Positions 19,324 through 29,736 are shown, counted from the stretch's first letter. The stretch is DNA of 64,000 bases from a virus (IMGVR_UViG_3300011226_000001:192001-256000); one strand, 5' to 3'. Numbers and translations are program-made. The notes: generated from the sequence alone by a model not told the origin.

Positions 19324-20424
19324 ATGAACAATTCCTTAATGCGCGGCGCAAAAGTAACCCTGCGTAACGGTGCCCCAATTGAAGACCTGCGCTACGGCGG
19401 TAAGGGCGACCTGGCTCTGAGTGAGAGCACCGGCGAAATCAACGCCTACTCTAACAAAGACCTTCTGCGTAACATCAGCCGTCTGATGGAAGAAGCTGCC
19501 AACGGTAACATCGTTCACTCTCACTCCGGCGCTCAGAACGGTCTGACCGACGCTGAGAAAGTTGAGCTGTTCCAAGAAGCTGTTGCTGATAGCAGCGGCG
19601 AGAAGTGGGCTTCTCTGGGTGCATCTATCGTTGCATCTATCGAAGACCGTGCGGAACGTGCTGGCCTGCTGCGCAAAGTGTGTAAAGGCGCTACCGTTCG
19701 TCAGGGCGATATCGCTCGTATCGAACTGAAAATCCACCAGGCGGAAGCGATCATTGCAACTGGTCCTACCGACTACGGTTACCGTCAGTTCCGCGGCCGT
19801 GTTTACACGCCTGCTGAGTTTGAACTGAAATCCAACATCCGCGTTAGCAAAATGGATCTGGACCAGATCAACGGCGACCTGCTGGATCGCGCTCAACAAG
19901 ACGGCCTGTCTTCTATCATGGTTGCAGAAGACCGTCTGTGGAAACGCGCTTGTGACCAGGCTGTTGGCATCGCTAACCCTATCACCTGGGTTCACGGTGA
20001 CCTGACTCCGCGTCTGCTGTCTACTCTGAAAAATTCTGTGTCTTCATGGCCGCTGCCTGTTAGCACCGCTGTGATGGCGCAGGACTACTGGAACGATATC
20101 GTTGGTAACGATCAGTTCTCCTCTGCTCTTGACCCGGTAAGCAAATACGACCTGATCACCACTGGTCGTCTGGGTACTCTGCTGGGTATGGAACTGGTAA
20201 CTGACGGCTTCCGCGCTCCAGAGCACCGCGTTCTGAACGACGGCGAACTGTACGTTCTGGCTGACCAGGACTACCACGCAGTGTACACTACTCGCGGCGG
20301 CACCCAGTCTACCCCGACTTCTGGCGCTAACCAGGGTAACACCGACCGCGGCTGGCTGCTGTCCAGCACCTTCTCCTTCACTCTGGCGAACGTGCGTTCA
20401 GTAGCGAAAGCTGTCCGCGGCTGA
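19324..20424 (+). CDS. Major capsid protein (HK97 fold)
   Basis: AGGAG RBS, 366 aa. PAEFELKSNIRV, IMVAEDRLW and GRLGTLLGMELVTD are typical of HK97-fold capsids; position after protease/scaffold. Confidence 0.8.
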   Translation: MNNSLMRGAKVTLRNGAPIEDLRYGGKGDLALSESTGEINAYSNKDLLRNISRLMEEAANGNIVHSHSGAQNGLTDAEKVELFQEAVADSSGEKWASLGASIVASIEDRAERAGLLRKVCKGATVRQGDIARIELKIHQAEAIIATGPTDYGYRQFRGRVYTPAEFELKSNIRVSKMDLDQINGDLLDRAQQDGLSSIMVAEDRLWKRACDQAVGIANPITWVHGDLTPRLLSTLKNSVSSWPLPVSTAVMAQDYWNDIVGNDQFSSALDPVSKYDLITTGRLGTLLGMELVTDGFRAPEHRVLNDGELYVLADQDYHAVYTTRGGTQSTPTSGANQGNTDRGWLLSSTFSFTLANVRSVAKAVRG

Positions 20425-20438
20425 CGGTAAGTGCAATC

Positions 20439-20463
20439 AGAGGGCGGCATAACGCTGCCCTCT
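20439..20463 (+). terminator. Hairpin after the major capsid gene (weak terminator or mRNA stabiliser)
   Basis: AGAGGGCGGC-ATAAC-GCTGCCCTCT with only a short U tract. Confidence 0.55.
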
Positions 20464-20479
20464 TAACTGAGGACCAAGC

Positions 20480-20887
20480 ATGAAGACTTTATCTGGTTCC
20501 TTAGCTGCACTGGCAATCGTCGCAGCGCGTGACGGACAGTGGACTGATGCTGCTCGCTTGCTTGCGCAAGCTGCTGTTGCGCCAGACACTGAGGACTTTC
20601 TCGAATGCGAACTCGCTGATAACTTCCAGGCTTCTTGCTTGGTAAACTCTGTGAGTAGCGCATCCGGTATGAGCGAATCCGTTGCTGCGTTGTCTGCTGC
20701 TTTAGAGCTTAATGCCGAGGAAGAACAGTCGTTGTATGACGACGAAGTTATTAGTCTCAACTCCGACGAAGATGTTGAAGACGAATTGGAAGACGAGCTT
20801 AATGATGAAGAAGAGGATGATGCAGACGATGCAATCGAATCCGATTCATCTGCCCCTTCCCAGTTGATTCGTCTGCGACTTGATTAA
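20480..20887 (+). CDS. Small acidic head-associated protein
   Basis: GAGG RBS. Acidic tail with S-x-S motifs; C-terminal IRLRLD resembles the scaffold C-terminal SRLRLG. Confidence 0.55.
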   Translation: MKTLSGSLAALAIVAARDGQWTDAARLLAQAAVAPDTEDFLECELADNFQASCLVNSVSSASGMSESVAALSAALELNAEEEQSLYDDEVISLNSDEDVEDELEDELNDEEEDDADDAIESDSSAPSQLIRLRLD

Positions 20888-20906
20888 CACCCGATTACGG
20901 GTAACC

Positions 20907-20935
20907 AAAAGGGTGGCCAATAGGCTGCCCTTTTT
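20907..20935 (+). terminator. Rho-independent terminator
   Basis: AAAAGGGTGGCC-AATA-GGCTGCCCTTTTT. Confidence 0.85.
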
Positions 20936-20954
20936 CGTATCTGGAGCACCGCAA

Positions 20955-21638
20955 ATGAGTGCAAACATTGCAGGTATGCTCAAAGGCAGTACATCGCTAC
21001 GAGCAACCATCTTTGGCTTTCAGCGTCAATTCAGACAGGGCTTCGGGTTAAAGCGTTTTGTTTGGTCTGTGCATAACAACCCTAAGCAGGGTATTCGTGC
21101 AACGAACAATCAAAGCACTGACTATCCATACGGTTGGTTCAAACTACCGAACATCGCATTCAACCGTGAAGAGTCCGTGAACATTAAGAACATCGCACGT
21201 CATGGCAGTGGCTGGGCGTTAGGCAAAGACGATACGAACGCAATCGTCGTCACTAACTACTACTTCCCTATTACGCTTACCGGTTCATTGTTCGTTAAGT
21301 TTATGAACATCGACCAAGCGCTGTTGTTCGTGCAGCAAGCGATGATAGCTGGCCTGACAGATCTCATGAGTTTCTCTATTGAGATGCCTACTGCTAAGTG
21401 GACTGCGCGTGTCAAGCTGGATGACTCTCTGCCTATGCCTAACATTGATGACCTCGATGAAGGTAGTACGCCGGGTAGTTTCGAGCTGGAGATTCCAATC
21501 ACGATTCACTCGAAGATTGGCTTCAACATGGAGCAGGCTAAGATAAACAACTACGGTGAGATCACTGAGAACACCGAGATTGATATCGACTTCGGTCCGC
21601 GAGCTACTGCTGAACAAGACGAGGAGGAAGTAGACTAA
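20955..21638 (+). CDS. Putative neck/tail-completion protein
   Basis: GGAG RBS before ATG 20955. Lies between head and sheath genes; function inferred from position. Confidence 0.45.
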   Translation: MSANIAGMLKGSTSLRATIFGFQRQFRQGFGLKRFVWSVHNNPKQGIRATNNQSTDYPYGWFKLPNIAFNREESVNIKNIARHGSGWALGKDDTNAIVVTNYYFPITLTGSLFVKFMNIDQALLFVQQAMIAGLTDLMSFSIEMPTAKWTARVKLDDSLPMPNIDDLDEGSTPGSFELEIPITIHSKIGFNMEQAKINNYGEITENTEIDIDFGPRATAEQDEEEVD

Positions 21639-21982
21639 TGTACACACGCGAGAAGTACCGTAAGCTCGACCGTACTCTGGTTATTGATAGTCGTGTGCGC
21701 TCTGTTACTTCTAACCAGAACGCTATTCTCAAACGACAGTCACACGCTGTAGGGATTCCCCTTGACGGTGACTTCCAAATGCAGAGTGTTATCGTCGGAC
21801 CTAAAGGCTATCAGTTGCCTGAGATTAAAGGTCTGCTGTACATTGATACCGCAGAGCCAATCATCCTCCAGTTCGCTGGTGGCCGGATGATTATCGAAGG
21901 GCAGTTCACGCTTACAGGAAAGATGGCACAATCCGTTCTGGTAAGTGACGTGGATCAGCGAGTTAATGTGGTTTGCTATTGA
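21638..21982 (+). CDS. Hypothetical (structural) protein
   Basis: TAATG translational coupling, GAGGAG RBS. Confidence 0.55.
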   Translation: MYTREKYRKLDRTLVIDSRVRSVTSNQNAILKRQSHAVGIPLDGDFQMQSVIVGPKGYQLPEIKGLLYIDTAEPIILQFAGGRMIIEGQFTLTGKMAQSVLVSDVDQRVNVVCY

Positions 21983-21988
21983 GTTCTC

Positions 21989-21996
21989 GCTAATTT
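21989..21996 (+). promoter_or_regulatory. Candidate late promoter GCTAATTT upstream of the sheath gene
   Basis: Recurrent motif ~43 nt before the start. Confidence 0.55.
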
Positions 21997-22038
21997 CATA
22001 CAGTCGTTACACGATGCCCATTCTTATGGAGATTCACG

Positions 22039-23724
22039 ATGTTACAACCTAATCACCCCTCTCCGGGGGTCTATTCGCAGGAGAATGACCGCAGCAACCA
22101 AGCGTCACTTGTGCAGTATGGCATGTGTACTCTGGTGCTGCCGTTCCCTCGCGGACCTGTGGGTGTTAACACAACTGTTACCTCTAAGGATGAGATTGAC
22201 GCAATTTTTGGTCCAGCAACGGGGCAGTACGCTAACAACGTCCAGAACGCAAAACTTCTGATGACGAAAGCAACCAAGCTGAACATTACGCGTGTCGCTC
22301 TCTCTGTGAAATACGCAGGTGTGTACCTCACAACTTATAATAACTTTGCCACCTGCCGCCCTCTCGGTGACGCTGGACTTGTTGACCCTGAGCAGATTGC
22401 TTTCTCTGATCGCGATATCTGCCTGATTTACGCAATGTCTCAGTATGCAGCGGCGAACAACCTGTACATCACGTTCGAGCCTGACGTAACAGATCCTCTG
22501 GGCTATAAGTCCCTGATCAAAGTGTATCAAGTCGGTTATCTCACGCCGCTGGAAACGCACACTGTTACAACGCGCTACTGGAAAGACGAAGCTGGTAATC
22601 AGTTCTTCATTGAAGACGTTATCAACGTTAACTCCAAGTACATCCGCGTTAAGCTGAACGAAAATCACTACAAGCTGCTGGAAGACCCGAACTATGTGGT
22701 CATCAACTCCATCGGCGGTGGCCCTGCTGACCCAACGAACCCGACTGCTCCTAACGGTCAGTTCACTGGTGGTAGTGACGGTTCTGTTATTGACGTAGAC
22801 CATTCTGACGCGACTATTGCTAATCAGAGTCTGTCTGCTGTTCTTAGCGCGTGGGATAACTACCGTGACTGGGAAGATGTTCAGGCTGGCATTCTGTGCT
22901 CTGGTGGTCTTGAGCATCCTGTGATTGCGAACAAGATCGATGAATTGGCTGAGAGCCGCATGGACTGTATCGCCACTCACGGTGTTCCTGTTCCGTTGCA
23001 GGCGCGTGACAACGCTGTTGCGTATCGTCGCGGTAACAAGCCTTATCAGCAAGCAGAGTTCTCTATCATCGGTTCTTGGTCGGCTATCTCGAACGCTGAC
23101 GTTAAAACCCGTGACAATGACAACGCGCGTGACTACTACGTGCCTGCGTCTGTGTGTATGGCGTACTGCATGTTGACTGCTGACCAAGTAGCATCGTGGT
23201 TAGCACCTGGCGGTCTGAATCGTGGTAAGCTGGACTTCGCTACTGACGTGCGCTATCGCTTTAAACAAGGCGACCGTGACGTTCTGGTAGACAACCAGAT
23301 TAACCCGATTGCTGTATTCGAAGGTGAAGGTATCTTCATGTGGGGTGCTGATACAACGTATACCACTAAGAGCCCGCTGCAGGATATCGGCATTCGTCGT
23401 CTGCTGGCAATGCTTCATGCTTCTGCTCGCGCTAACAACCTGAGTGCTGTCTTCGAACCGAACGACGACATTCTGAAACAGCGCCAGAAGTCTGCGATGG
23501 AAGCAATCCTCGAACCGATTAAGACCGGTCGTGGTTTGCGTTGGTATGCAGTCCAGTGTGACTACAAGAACAACACCGCAGAAGACGAAGCGCGTGGCGA
23601 CCTGATCATCGACGTGTTCCTTGATCCTACTCGCTATACCAAACGCATTCACGTAACTGCTATCGTGCCACCTGTAGGCGATATTCAGTACGCGCTGCAA
23701 CTGATTAACTCTGGTGCACTCTAA
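22039..23724 (+). CDS. Tail sheath protein
   Basis: SPGVYSQENDRS N-terminus, WLAPGGLNRG, NQINPI, IFMWGADT, IGIRRLL and FEPND are T4 gp18-type sheath motifs. Confidence 0.92.
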   Translation: MLQPNHPSPGVYSQENDRSNQASLVQYGMCTLVLPFPRGPVGVNTTVTSKDEIDAIFGPATGQYANNVQNAKLLMTKATKLNITRVALSVKYAGVYLTTYNNFATCRPLGDAGLVDPEQIAFSDRDICLIYAMSQYAAANNLYITFEPDVTDPLGYKSLIKVYQVGYLTPLETHTVTTRYWKDEAGNQFFIEDVINVNSKYIRVKLNENHYKLLEDPNYVVINSIGGGPADPTNPTAPNGQFTGGSDGSVIDVDHSDATIANQSLSAVLSAWDNYRDWEDVQAGILCSGGLEHPVIANKIDELAESRMDCIATHGVPVPLQARDNAVAYRRGNKPYQQAEFSIIGSWSAISNADVKTRDNDNARDYYVPASVCMAYCMLTADQVASWLAPGGLNRGKLDFATDVRYRFKQGDRDVLVDNQINPIAVFEGEGIFMWGADTTYTTKSPLQDIGIRRLLAMLHASARANNLSAVFEPNDDILKQRQKSAMEAILEPIKTGRGLRWYAVQCDYKNNTAEDEARGDLIIDVFLDPTRYTKRIHVTAIVPPVGDIQYALQLINSGAL

Positions 23725-23735
23725 GGAGCTTTTAG

Positions 23736-24248
23736 ATGCCAAAGGTAACTCTTGACGAATTTGCGTCTACTAAAGATCCGTTACTCGATGACAACTTCGA
23801 GTTCCTGATCCCTAACCCGCCTGTTGGCGGTACAGACTATGCGCGTACTCTGCGCCTGTTCTGTAAGACTGGCGTTAAGCCAGGTTCTACTCTGGAAGAA
23901 GTGCTGAAAGAAGCGTTCGGCCACCAGCTCAACTACGCTGGTCGTAAGATCTTCTCTCACGCGCTGTCCACTGAGTACAACGAAAACTCCGAAATGGCAG
24001 TGTACAAACAACTGGAAGAATGGCATGAGTTCGTTCGTGCTACTCAAACCCAGCTGGGCGCACGTAAAGCTGACTACGCGACCAAAGCAATCTTCCGTAT
24101 CTTCGATATGGACGGCTCTGTAGTTGCTGAGTACAACATCTACGGTGTGTGGCCGAAACAGGTTCCTGACTTGCAGTTCTCTGGTGCTGCACAGGCTGTT
24201 CCGGTATCAATCGAATGGTCCTTCGACTACGCCGAACTCGCATCGTAA
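23736..24248 (+). CDS. Tail tube protein (T4 gp19-like)
   Basis: Directly after the sheath gene. NYAGRKIF, YNIYGVWP and WSFDY motifs. Confidence 0.85.
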   Translation: MPKVTLDEFASTKDPLLDDNFEFLIPNPPVGGTDYARTLRLFCKTGVKPGSTLEEVLKEAFGHQLNYAGRKIFSHALSTEYNENSEMAVYKQLEEWHEFVRATQTQLGARKADYATKAIFRIFDMDGSVVAEYNIYGVWPKQVPDLQFSGAAQAVPVSIEWSFDYAELAS

Positions 24249-24255
24249 GAAACAC

Positions 24256-24284
24256 AAGGGCCAAGATTCGTTCTGGCCCTTTTT
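24256..24284 (+). terminator. Rho-independent terminator
   Basis: AAGGGCCA...TGGCCCTT followed by a T run. Confidence 0.8.
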
Positions 24285-24299
24285 CGTTTTGGAGAGACT

Positions 24300-24974
24300 A
24301 TGCTTATTCTACTGAGCGAGAGCGCACGTAAACTGCCGGACGTGTCTATTCAAGATTGCGACTGGTATCGCTTCGAAGGTAAGCGCAAGGTAAGCATTGA
24401 GAACAAGGAGCATGAAGCTGATATCGAGGAGAAAGATGTTTTCGGTATCAAGGCTGCAAAGCGCAACAAGTTCTATGTGCTGCATAAGGATGATCCGTCA
24501 GTAGTGTTTGAAGTCGATGCTGCTACAGCACGTTCGTTGCTTGGCCGCAGTCGTCCGTTCACTGGTACTGTGTCCGGCATTCGCGTTAAGAAAGCGACTG
24601 ATAAAAATACCTCTGCGCGTGAGAAACTCCCTGCTGCGCCTAAAGAACCACAACCGAAGAAACCGTTCAAGGCTGTTCCCGGCTCTAAAGCAGAGAACAC
24701 TAAGCTGACTCAAGAACTGCGTAAGACCAAGTTTAAGAACGCTGGTCGTATTGAGTTCCTTGCTCGAATCCCAATGCCAACAGGCGGCACGTATAACTAC
24801 TACGATGCGTCTGAAACGTTTGACGGCTACAAGGCCAATCAGCGTGAGAAGTGGGAAACGGATTACGAGAAAGCTGTAGTCAAGCAAATTGAAAACGGTG
24901 GCTATCTGGTTGGCGCTACGTTCCTCAAGTTCGACGATGCTGTTAGACCTGTGCTTGTTATTGTAGAGGACTGA
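24300..24974 (+). CDS. Hypothetical basic protein with the shared ~65-aa domain
   Basis: Starts MLILLSESA; domain similar to those in 7340, 15280 and 37500. Confidence 0.6.
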   Translation: MLILLSESARKLPDVSIQDCDWYRFEGKRKVSIENKEHEADIEEKDVFGIKAAKRNKFYVLHKDDPSVVFEVDAATARSLLGRSRPFTGTVSGIRVKKATDKNTSAREKLPAAPKEPQPKKPFKAVPGSKAENTKLTQELRKTKFKNAGRIEFLARIPMPTGGTYNYYDASETFDGYKANQREKWETDYEKAVVKQIENGGYLVGATFLKFDDAVRPVLVIVED

Positions 24975-24976
24975 TC

Positions 24977-25489
24977 ATGCCGTTGCCAACGCTTGATGAC
25001 CTGAATGATTCTTCTGCTCCTGGCCTTGACGATCCATTCATGCAAGACAAGTGGCGTGTGCGAGAATTTCCTGTAATTGGTAATGTATCGTTAAGCCCGT
25101 TCGCGTGTGAAGAAGTTGACCTGCCATTCTCCGTCTATCAATCGAAATCAAAAGAAGTGGCTACGGTTACTATCAACTGGCCACATGGTTCGAGCGTTGA
25201 CGGATTCAGTCTGCTGTTTGGCCTTGACCAGAAGCTCGCAGTGATGAAGTATTTCACTGCATGGCAGAACTTGATTCAGAACCCGTACACTGGTGGTTTT
25301 AGATTGCCGTCCGTGTATAAGAAAAACCTTATCATTGAGCTATACGACAACCAAGGGCAAATGGTTGGCGAACAACAGCTACGCAACTGCTGGCCTATCG
25401 GTGGTCAAAGCATTACGCTTAACGGAACCGGTGGCCGTGCGATGTGGTCTGTTCAGATGGCTCTTGATGTTTCCCGTCCAATGATGTGA
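24977..25489 (+). CDS. Second tail-tube-like protein
   Basis: AWQNLIQNP, YKKNLIIELYD and LRNCWP parallel gp19/gp54-like tube folds. Confidence 0.7.
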   Translation: MPLPTLDDLNDSSAPGLDDPFMQDKWRVREFPVIGNVSLSPFACEEVDLPFSVYQSKSKEVATVTINWPHGSSVDGFSLLFGLDQKLAVMKYFTAWQNLIQNPYTGGFRLPSVYKKNLIIELYDNQGQMVGEQQLRNCWPIGGQSITLNGTGGRAMWSVQMALDVSRPMM

Positions 25490-25499
25490 GATAAGAACT

Positions 25500-26183
25500 A
25501 TGGAAATTCAAACAGCGAGTTTACCGTCGCGCGGTTATAAAGCGCAACTGCCTGACGTTTTTGAGATGCGTCGTTTTGCTGGTAAAGAGAACCGCGCTAT
25601 CGCTAAAGCCATTGACGCTAAGGATATGAAGTACATCCTGCTCGATGCTCTCGCTCCTTGCCTGAACATCCCGCTTGATGAACTGACTGTACCAGATGCG
25701 TTTGCACTCGTCTTTCAACAGCGTATGTGGATGAACACGGTACTGCCGCTGCGCACGTACTGGCGTTGCAATAAACCGCTGTTTGAATATTCCGATGGTA
25801 TCGTGAACGAACTGCGGCCTGACGGTGGCGTTATCAATACGTTCCCGTGTGCTGCAAACAACATTGGCGTGATTGATGAAACGTCCATGTCTATCGCAGT
25901 GCTTAACGCAGAGCATGAGCGTTTCGATCTGCCTCGTATGCGTCACTACGAACGTGCATCGGAAGATATGTTTAGCTGGCACGTAGCGCACATGGGAAGT
26001 GACTTCGACGGTAACGTTGCGCTGCTTGAAGAACAATCTGATCTGACACTCTGGCTTGAATTGTCCGAGTGGGTACGCGCTTCTCGCCACGGTCTGCTGA
26101 CCGATATCGAACTCCTGTGTCCTCATTGCCAGCGTCGTAGCACACGCGCATGGGATCTCAACCCATCGGTCTTTGTTAACTGA
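25500..26183 (+). CDS. Baseplate hub/tail assembly chaperone (T4 gp26-like)
   Basis: N-terminal LPSRG and C-terminal CPHC; upstream of the tape measure gene. Confidence 0.6.
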   Translation: MEIQTASLPSRGYKAQLPDVFEMRRFAGKENRAIAKAIDAKDMKYILLDALAPCLNIPLDELTVPDAFALVFQQRMWMNTVLPLRTYWRCNKPLFEYSDGIVNELRPDGGVINTFPCAANNIGVIDETSMSIAVLNAEHERFDLPRMRHYERASEDMFSWHVAHMGSDFDGNVALLEEQSDLTLWLELSEWVRASRHGLLTDIELLCPHCQRRSTRAWDLNPSVFVN

Positions 26184-27025
26184 TGTTAGAGATATATCTC
26201 CCCTCAGGCAGGTCAGACGTTCGCATCATGCAGGTAACTGCCGATGCAATGTCGAGTCTGTTTAACGCACAGAAACACAAACTGCCTGAACTCTTTGTTG
26301 ATACGTTGCAGCGATTCACCAACGTTCGTATTCGTGATATGTACCTCGAAGACTTCCGTTACATGCTGGCAATGATCGACAGAAATAGTTGGCCGCAGTC
26401 GCATCGTCTTTACGAGTGGCGTTGCACACAAACGTTCTTTGTTGATATGCGCGGAGAACGTTACTACGACAGGCCAAGAGGACGTAAGTTCGTCGAAGTA
26501 GAATGCAACCTGCTTAACACCGAAGAGGTTATGCGTCAGAAGATAGTGACGCACAAGTGGCGCGACCTTCCACAAGGCTTGCGCCATCCTACCGTTCAGC
26601 GTTGGATTGATGCTGAGTTGCTTGCAGAGACAGAAGACCGTACTCAGGTAATGAATGCGATGTATATCGACAGCGATATCCCTCTCGCGCAAACTCTTGA
26701 ATACGCTTCTCCTGTTGAGTTGCTTAACGCCAGCAATTACGTGTTCGTTAGCTGCGAACTGGAAACCACCCACAAGTGCAACCGTTGCTTCCGCACGTAC
26801 ACGTACAAAAGTCCAATTGATATTCTCGGTTACTTCCGCGTGTTCTCCGATACGTCTATGATGAACATGACGCTCGACCTTGCGTCGGCTAAGAACATCT
26901 ATGTGCCGGACGATATAACGATCAACAAACTGCTTTACTGGCATAGTGCTTACGTTCACGATAAGAACAAAGCCGAAGAGCAGCGAGCGCTTGCGAAAGC
27001 AGCGCAGAAAGGTCGAAGAGGTTAA
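26183..27025 (+). CDS. Second gp26-like assembly chaperone
   Basis: LPSG start, W-R-C motif and CNRC; paralog-like to 25500..26183. Confidence 0.55.
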   Translation: MLEIYLPSGRSDVRIMQVTADAMSSLFNAQKHKLPELFVDTLQRFTNVRIRDMYLEDFRYMLAMIDRNSWPQSHRLYEWRCTQTFFVDMRGERYYDRPRGRKFVEVECNLLNTEEVMRQKIVTHKWRDLPQGLRHPTVQRWIDAELLAETEDRTQVMNAMYIDSDIPLAQTLEYASPVELLNASNYVFVSCELETTHKCNRCFRTYTYKSPIDILGYFRVFSDTSMMNMTLDLASAKNIYVPDDITINKLLYWHSAYVHDKNKAEEQRALAKAAQKGRRG

Positions 27026-27027
27026 TA

Positions 27028-29724
27028 ATGGCTAAGCCACAAGAGAAAGAGTTGTCCGCACTCGAACTAATGATCGAACATGCAGACAGCATTAGTCCTT
27101 CTGTTGCCGGTATGCCTAAAGCGCGACGCAAACGTAAAGCCGCTAACGATTCACCTGCGGTAGATTACGAACGCGATTACGACCCAGAACTGTACGATGA
27201 TGAAGTTGTATTTGTCGGACCTGGGTCACGCGCTAAGAACCGTGCAGCAAAAGCGTTGCGCGAGAAGATGGCCAATCAGCGTGTGCGTTATGTCAGTGAT
27301 AACGATGCACCAACTTCTCCTCGTGCTGTATCGCAGCAACCAAACCCACGTGAAGTTGAATCAGCACTTGAAGACCTGTTCATCGCAGGTGAGAAGTCTG
27401 GTGATGATATCGTTAAAGCAATCAAAGAGGGTAATGCAGTCTCAACGAAGACGCAGAAAGCCCTCGAAGATTGGCTTGAGTGGGAAAAGCGCGAAGCATT
27501 CAAAGAGAAGAACCGCGCCAAGTCAGACCCCCATGGTAATCAGCCAGGTGCCGGTGGCCCCGGAACCGGTGGTGCAAAAGATGATGGAGGACCTGATGAA
27601 GATGATAACGGCGGTCCTGATTTCGGTGATAATGGCAACAATAATCGCCGTCGTCGTACCGGTGGTCGTAATCGCCGTGGCAGACGCTACGGACGCAGTT
27701 CAGGATCACGCAGAGGTCCGGGGCGCAACCTTCCTCGACGCAGATTCCCACGATTAAGAGGCAAGGCTGGTGCGCTGTTAACTCTCGGTACTCTCGCTGC
27801 TGCTACTGCTGGTGGTTTGTGGTTGAAGAACGAATCGCAAGAGAAGTTCGAGCAAGATAATGCTGGGAACGGCGGTGCGGGTATGCCTGACAATCAGGCC
27901 GTTCCTGCTGAGGCCCCTGCTCCAGTTGCTCAACAACCCGAGATTCAACGCGCAGAAGAAGCTGCTAAGGGTGATGCACCCAAGCCTCCGTCAGAAGCAC
28001 AAGACGCTGCTGTTGCTGGTGCTTCCTTGTTGCTTGCTGGTGCTGCGAAGAAGATTCCTGTTGTAGGTCCTGCTCTTGGTAACGGTTTGTCGCTTGCGAA
28101 CGATATGCAGCACATCGACGCAGACGAAACGATGACCGACCAAGAGAAAGCGCACGAGAAGAAAAAAGCAACTGGTGGTGCTATCGGAGGAACTGCTGGT
28201 GGCACTACAGGTGCTGTTGCTGGCGCGTGGATTGGCGGTACGTTAGGTTCAGTCGTTCCTGTTGTTGGCACTGCTGCTGGTGCTGCTCTTGGTGGCTTGC
28301 TGGGTGGCATTCTGGGTGATTACTTCGGTAACTCTATCGGTGAGTATGTTGCCGATAAGATAACTGATGAAACAGACACGATGCTCGCTGACGGTGAGAA
28401 AGACCGCAAAGAGAAGATGGACGAGTACAACGACACTACCGCAGAGAACGAGAACAAAGCGAAGTTCCCTGCACCATCTGTTTCACCTTTCAGCTTCATG
28501 GGTCTGATGGGTATGGGGGGCTCTGGTGGTGGCACGTATCAAGGTCCGATGCGAGCACAACCGTCTAAGCGTTATGACAGCAAGCAAGTAACCGATATCG
28601 CTAACAAAGCAATTGCTGAGGGTGGTCTTGGTTCTGTTAGTGAGCAGTTCGAATCAGGTGGCCGTGGTGTAGGCACTGTGTCTACTGGTCGTGGTGATTA
28701 TGGTGGTGTGTCTTACGGCAAACACCAGCTTGCTACGAACAACGGCAGCATGATGAACTTCTTGAACAGCCCTGAAGGTAAACCGTTCTTGCAACGCTTT
28801 GGTGGTCTTGCTCCGGGGACCGCTCAGTTCAACTCTGTCTACAAAGACGTTGCGAGTTCTCAAGGTGCAGAGTTCGATAAAGCGCAGTCTGACTATATCA
28901 CGCGTACTCACTATGCACCTCTTGCTGCGAAGATGCAGAACGAAGTGGGTGTTGATTTGACGAAGCGTGGTGCTGGTGTCAAGGAGCTGATGTATAGTAC
29001 CGCTGTGCAGTACGGTGCAGGTACAAGCGTCATCTCTAATGCACTGCAGGGTAAAGACGTTAACTCAATGTCCGACGAAGAATTGATTAAGACAATTCAG
29101 GACTACAAGGCAGCGACCACCGACAGATACTTCAAGTCATCTGATGCTCAGACGCGACAGTCCGTTGCGATGCGAGCGCAGAACGAGAAGGATGTGTTGC
29201 TCAAAGTTGCAGAAGCAGACAGGAAGAAGAAAGCTGTAAATAACCCAGATGCGGAGCTTGACGCCAAGATCGCTAAACGTTTCCCGGACTTACCTAAGGG
29301 TAGCGGTAGCGATTACAGCAATACTCAAGTTGACGCAAACAAAGAATCATTGCCTGACTTAACAGGTCGTGGTCCGGTTACGCCTAAGTCTACTCCTGAA
29401 GAGCATGAGCGTCGTTTGAACGAACTCGTTGCTGCTGCGGCTCCTGATGTGAAACGCATTGAGCCTGTAGTGCAGCCAGAAGCTCCTGTTGAGCGTGTGC
29501 CTCTCGTAACACCTGGAGACATTGCTCGTACAGAAGTACCTGAACCTGCTGTTGCAGCACCCCCACCAACTCAAACAGCCAATCAGCCTAAAGGCGGTGC
29601 AGTATCTCGCCCAAGCTCGAAAGGTTCAAGTGGCTCTAGCCCTAGTAACTCACACTCACTCGATTCAATTCCAATCTTCATGGATGACCCGATGCTGAAT
29701 ATGATTACTATGGGTTACATGTGA
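27028..29724 (+). CDS. Tape-measure-like protein with glycine-zipper segment and peptidoglycan hydrolase (VgrG3-C-like lysozyme) domain
   Basis: GGAIGGTAGG...GGLLGG zipper. LGSVSEQFESGGRG..VSTG.GDYGGVSYGKHQL and STAVQYG are characteristic of that muramidase family. Confidence 0.7.
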   Translation: MAKPQEKELSALELMIEHADSISPSVAGMPKARRKRKAANDSPAVDYERDYDPELYDDEVVFVGPGSRAKNRAAKALREKMANQRVRYVSDNDAPTSPRAVSQQPNPREVESALEDLFIAGEKSGDDIVKAIKEGNAVSTKTQKALEDWLEWEKREAFKEKNRAKSDPHGNQPGAGGPGTGGAKDDGGPDEDDNGGPDFGDNGNNNRRRRTGGRNRRGRRYGRSSGSRRGPGRNLPRRRFPRLRGKAGALLTLGTLAAATAGGLWLKNESQEKFEQDNAGNGGAGMPDNQAVPAEAPAPVAQQPEIQRAEEAAKGDAPKPPSEAQDAAVAGASLLLAGAAKKIPVVGPALGNGLSLANDMQHIDADETMTDQEKAHEKKKATGGAIGGTAGGTTGAVAGAWIGGTLGSVVPVVGTAAGAALGGLLGGILGDYFGNSIGEYVADKITDETDTMLADGEKDRKEKMDEYNDTTAENENKAKFPAPSVSPFSFMGLMGMGGSGGGTYQGPMRAQPSKRYDSKQVTDIANKAIAEGGLGSVSEQFESGGRGVGTVSTGRGDYGGVSYGKHQLATNNGSMMNFLNSPEGKPFLQRFGGLAPGTAQFNSVYKDVASSQGAEFDKAQSDYITRTHYAPLAAKMQNEVGVDLTKRGAGVKELMYSTAVQYGAGTSVISNALQGKDVNSMSDEELIKTIQDYKAATTDRYFKSSDAQTRQSVAMRAQNEKDVLLKVAEADRKKKAVNNPDAELDAKIAKRFPDLPKGSGSDYSNTQVDANKESLPDLTGRGPVTPKSTPEEHERRLNELVAAAAPDVKRIEPVVQPEAPVERVPLVTPGDIARTEVPEPAVAAPPPTQTANQPKGGAVSRPSSKGSSGSSPSNSHSLDSIPIFMDDPMLNMITMGYM

Positions 29725-29736
29725 TAAGGAGTTTGT

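Noticed and set aside
22105-23187. Long minus-strand ORFs (also 55021..56064, 62539..63540, 17250..17780, 8227..8850)
   Set aside because: Antisense shadows of strongly codon-biased or acidic-repeat + strand genes; no RBS or recognisable motifs.
25500-27025. Programmed frameshift between tail chaperone genes (lambda G/GT style)
   Set aside because: No slippery heptamer seen at the junction; the genes are coupled by TGATG and look like separate paralogs.
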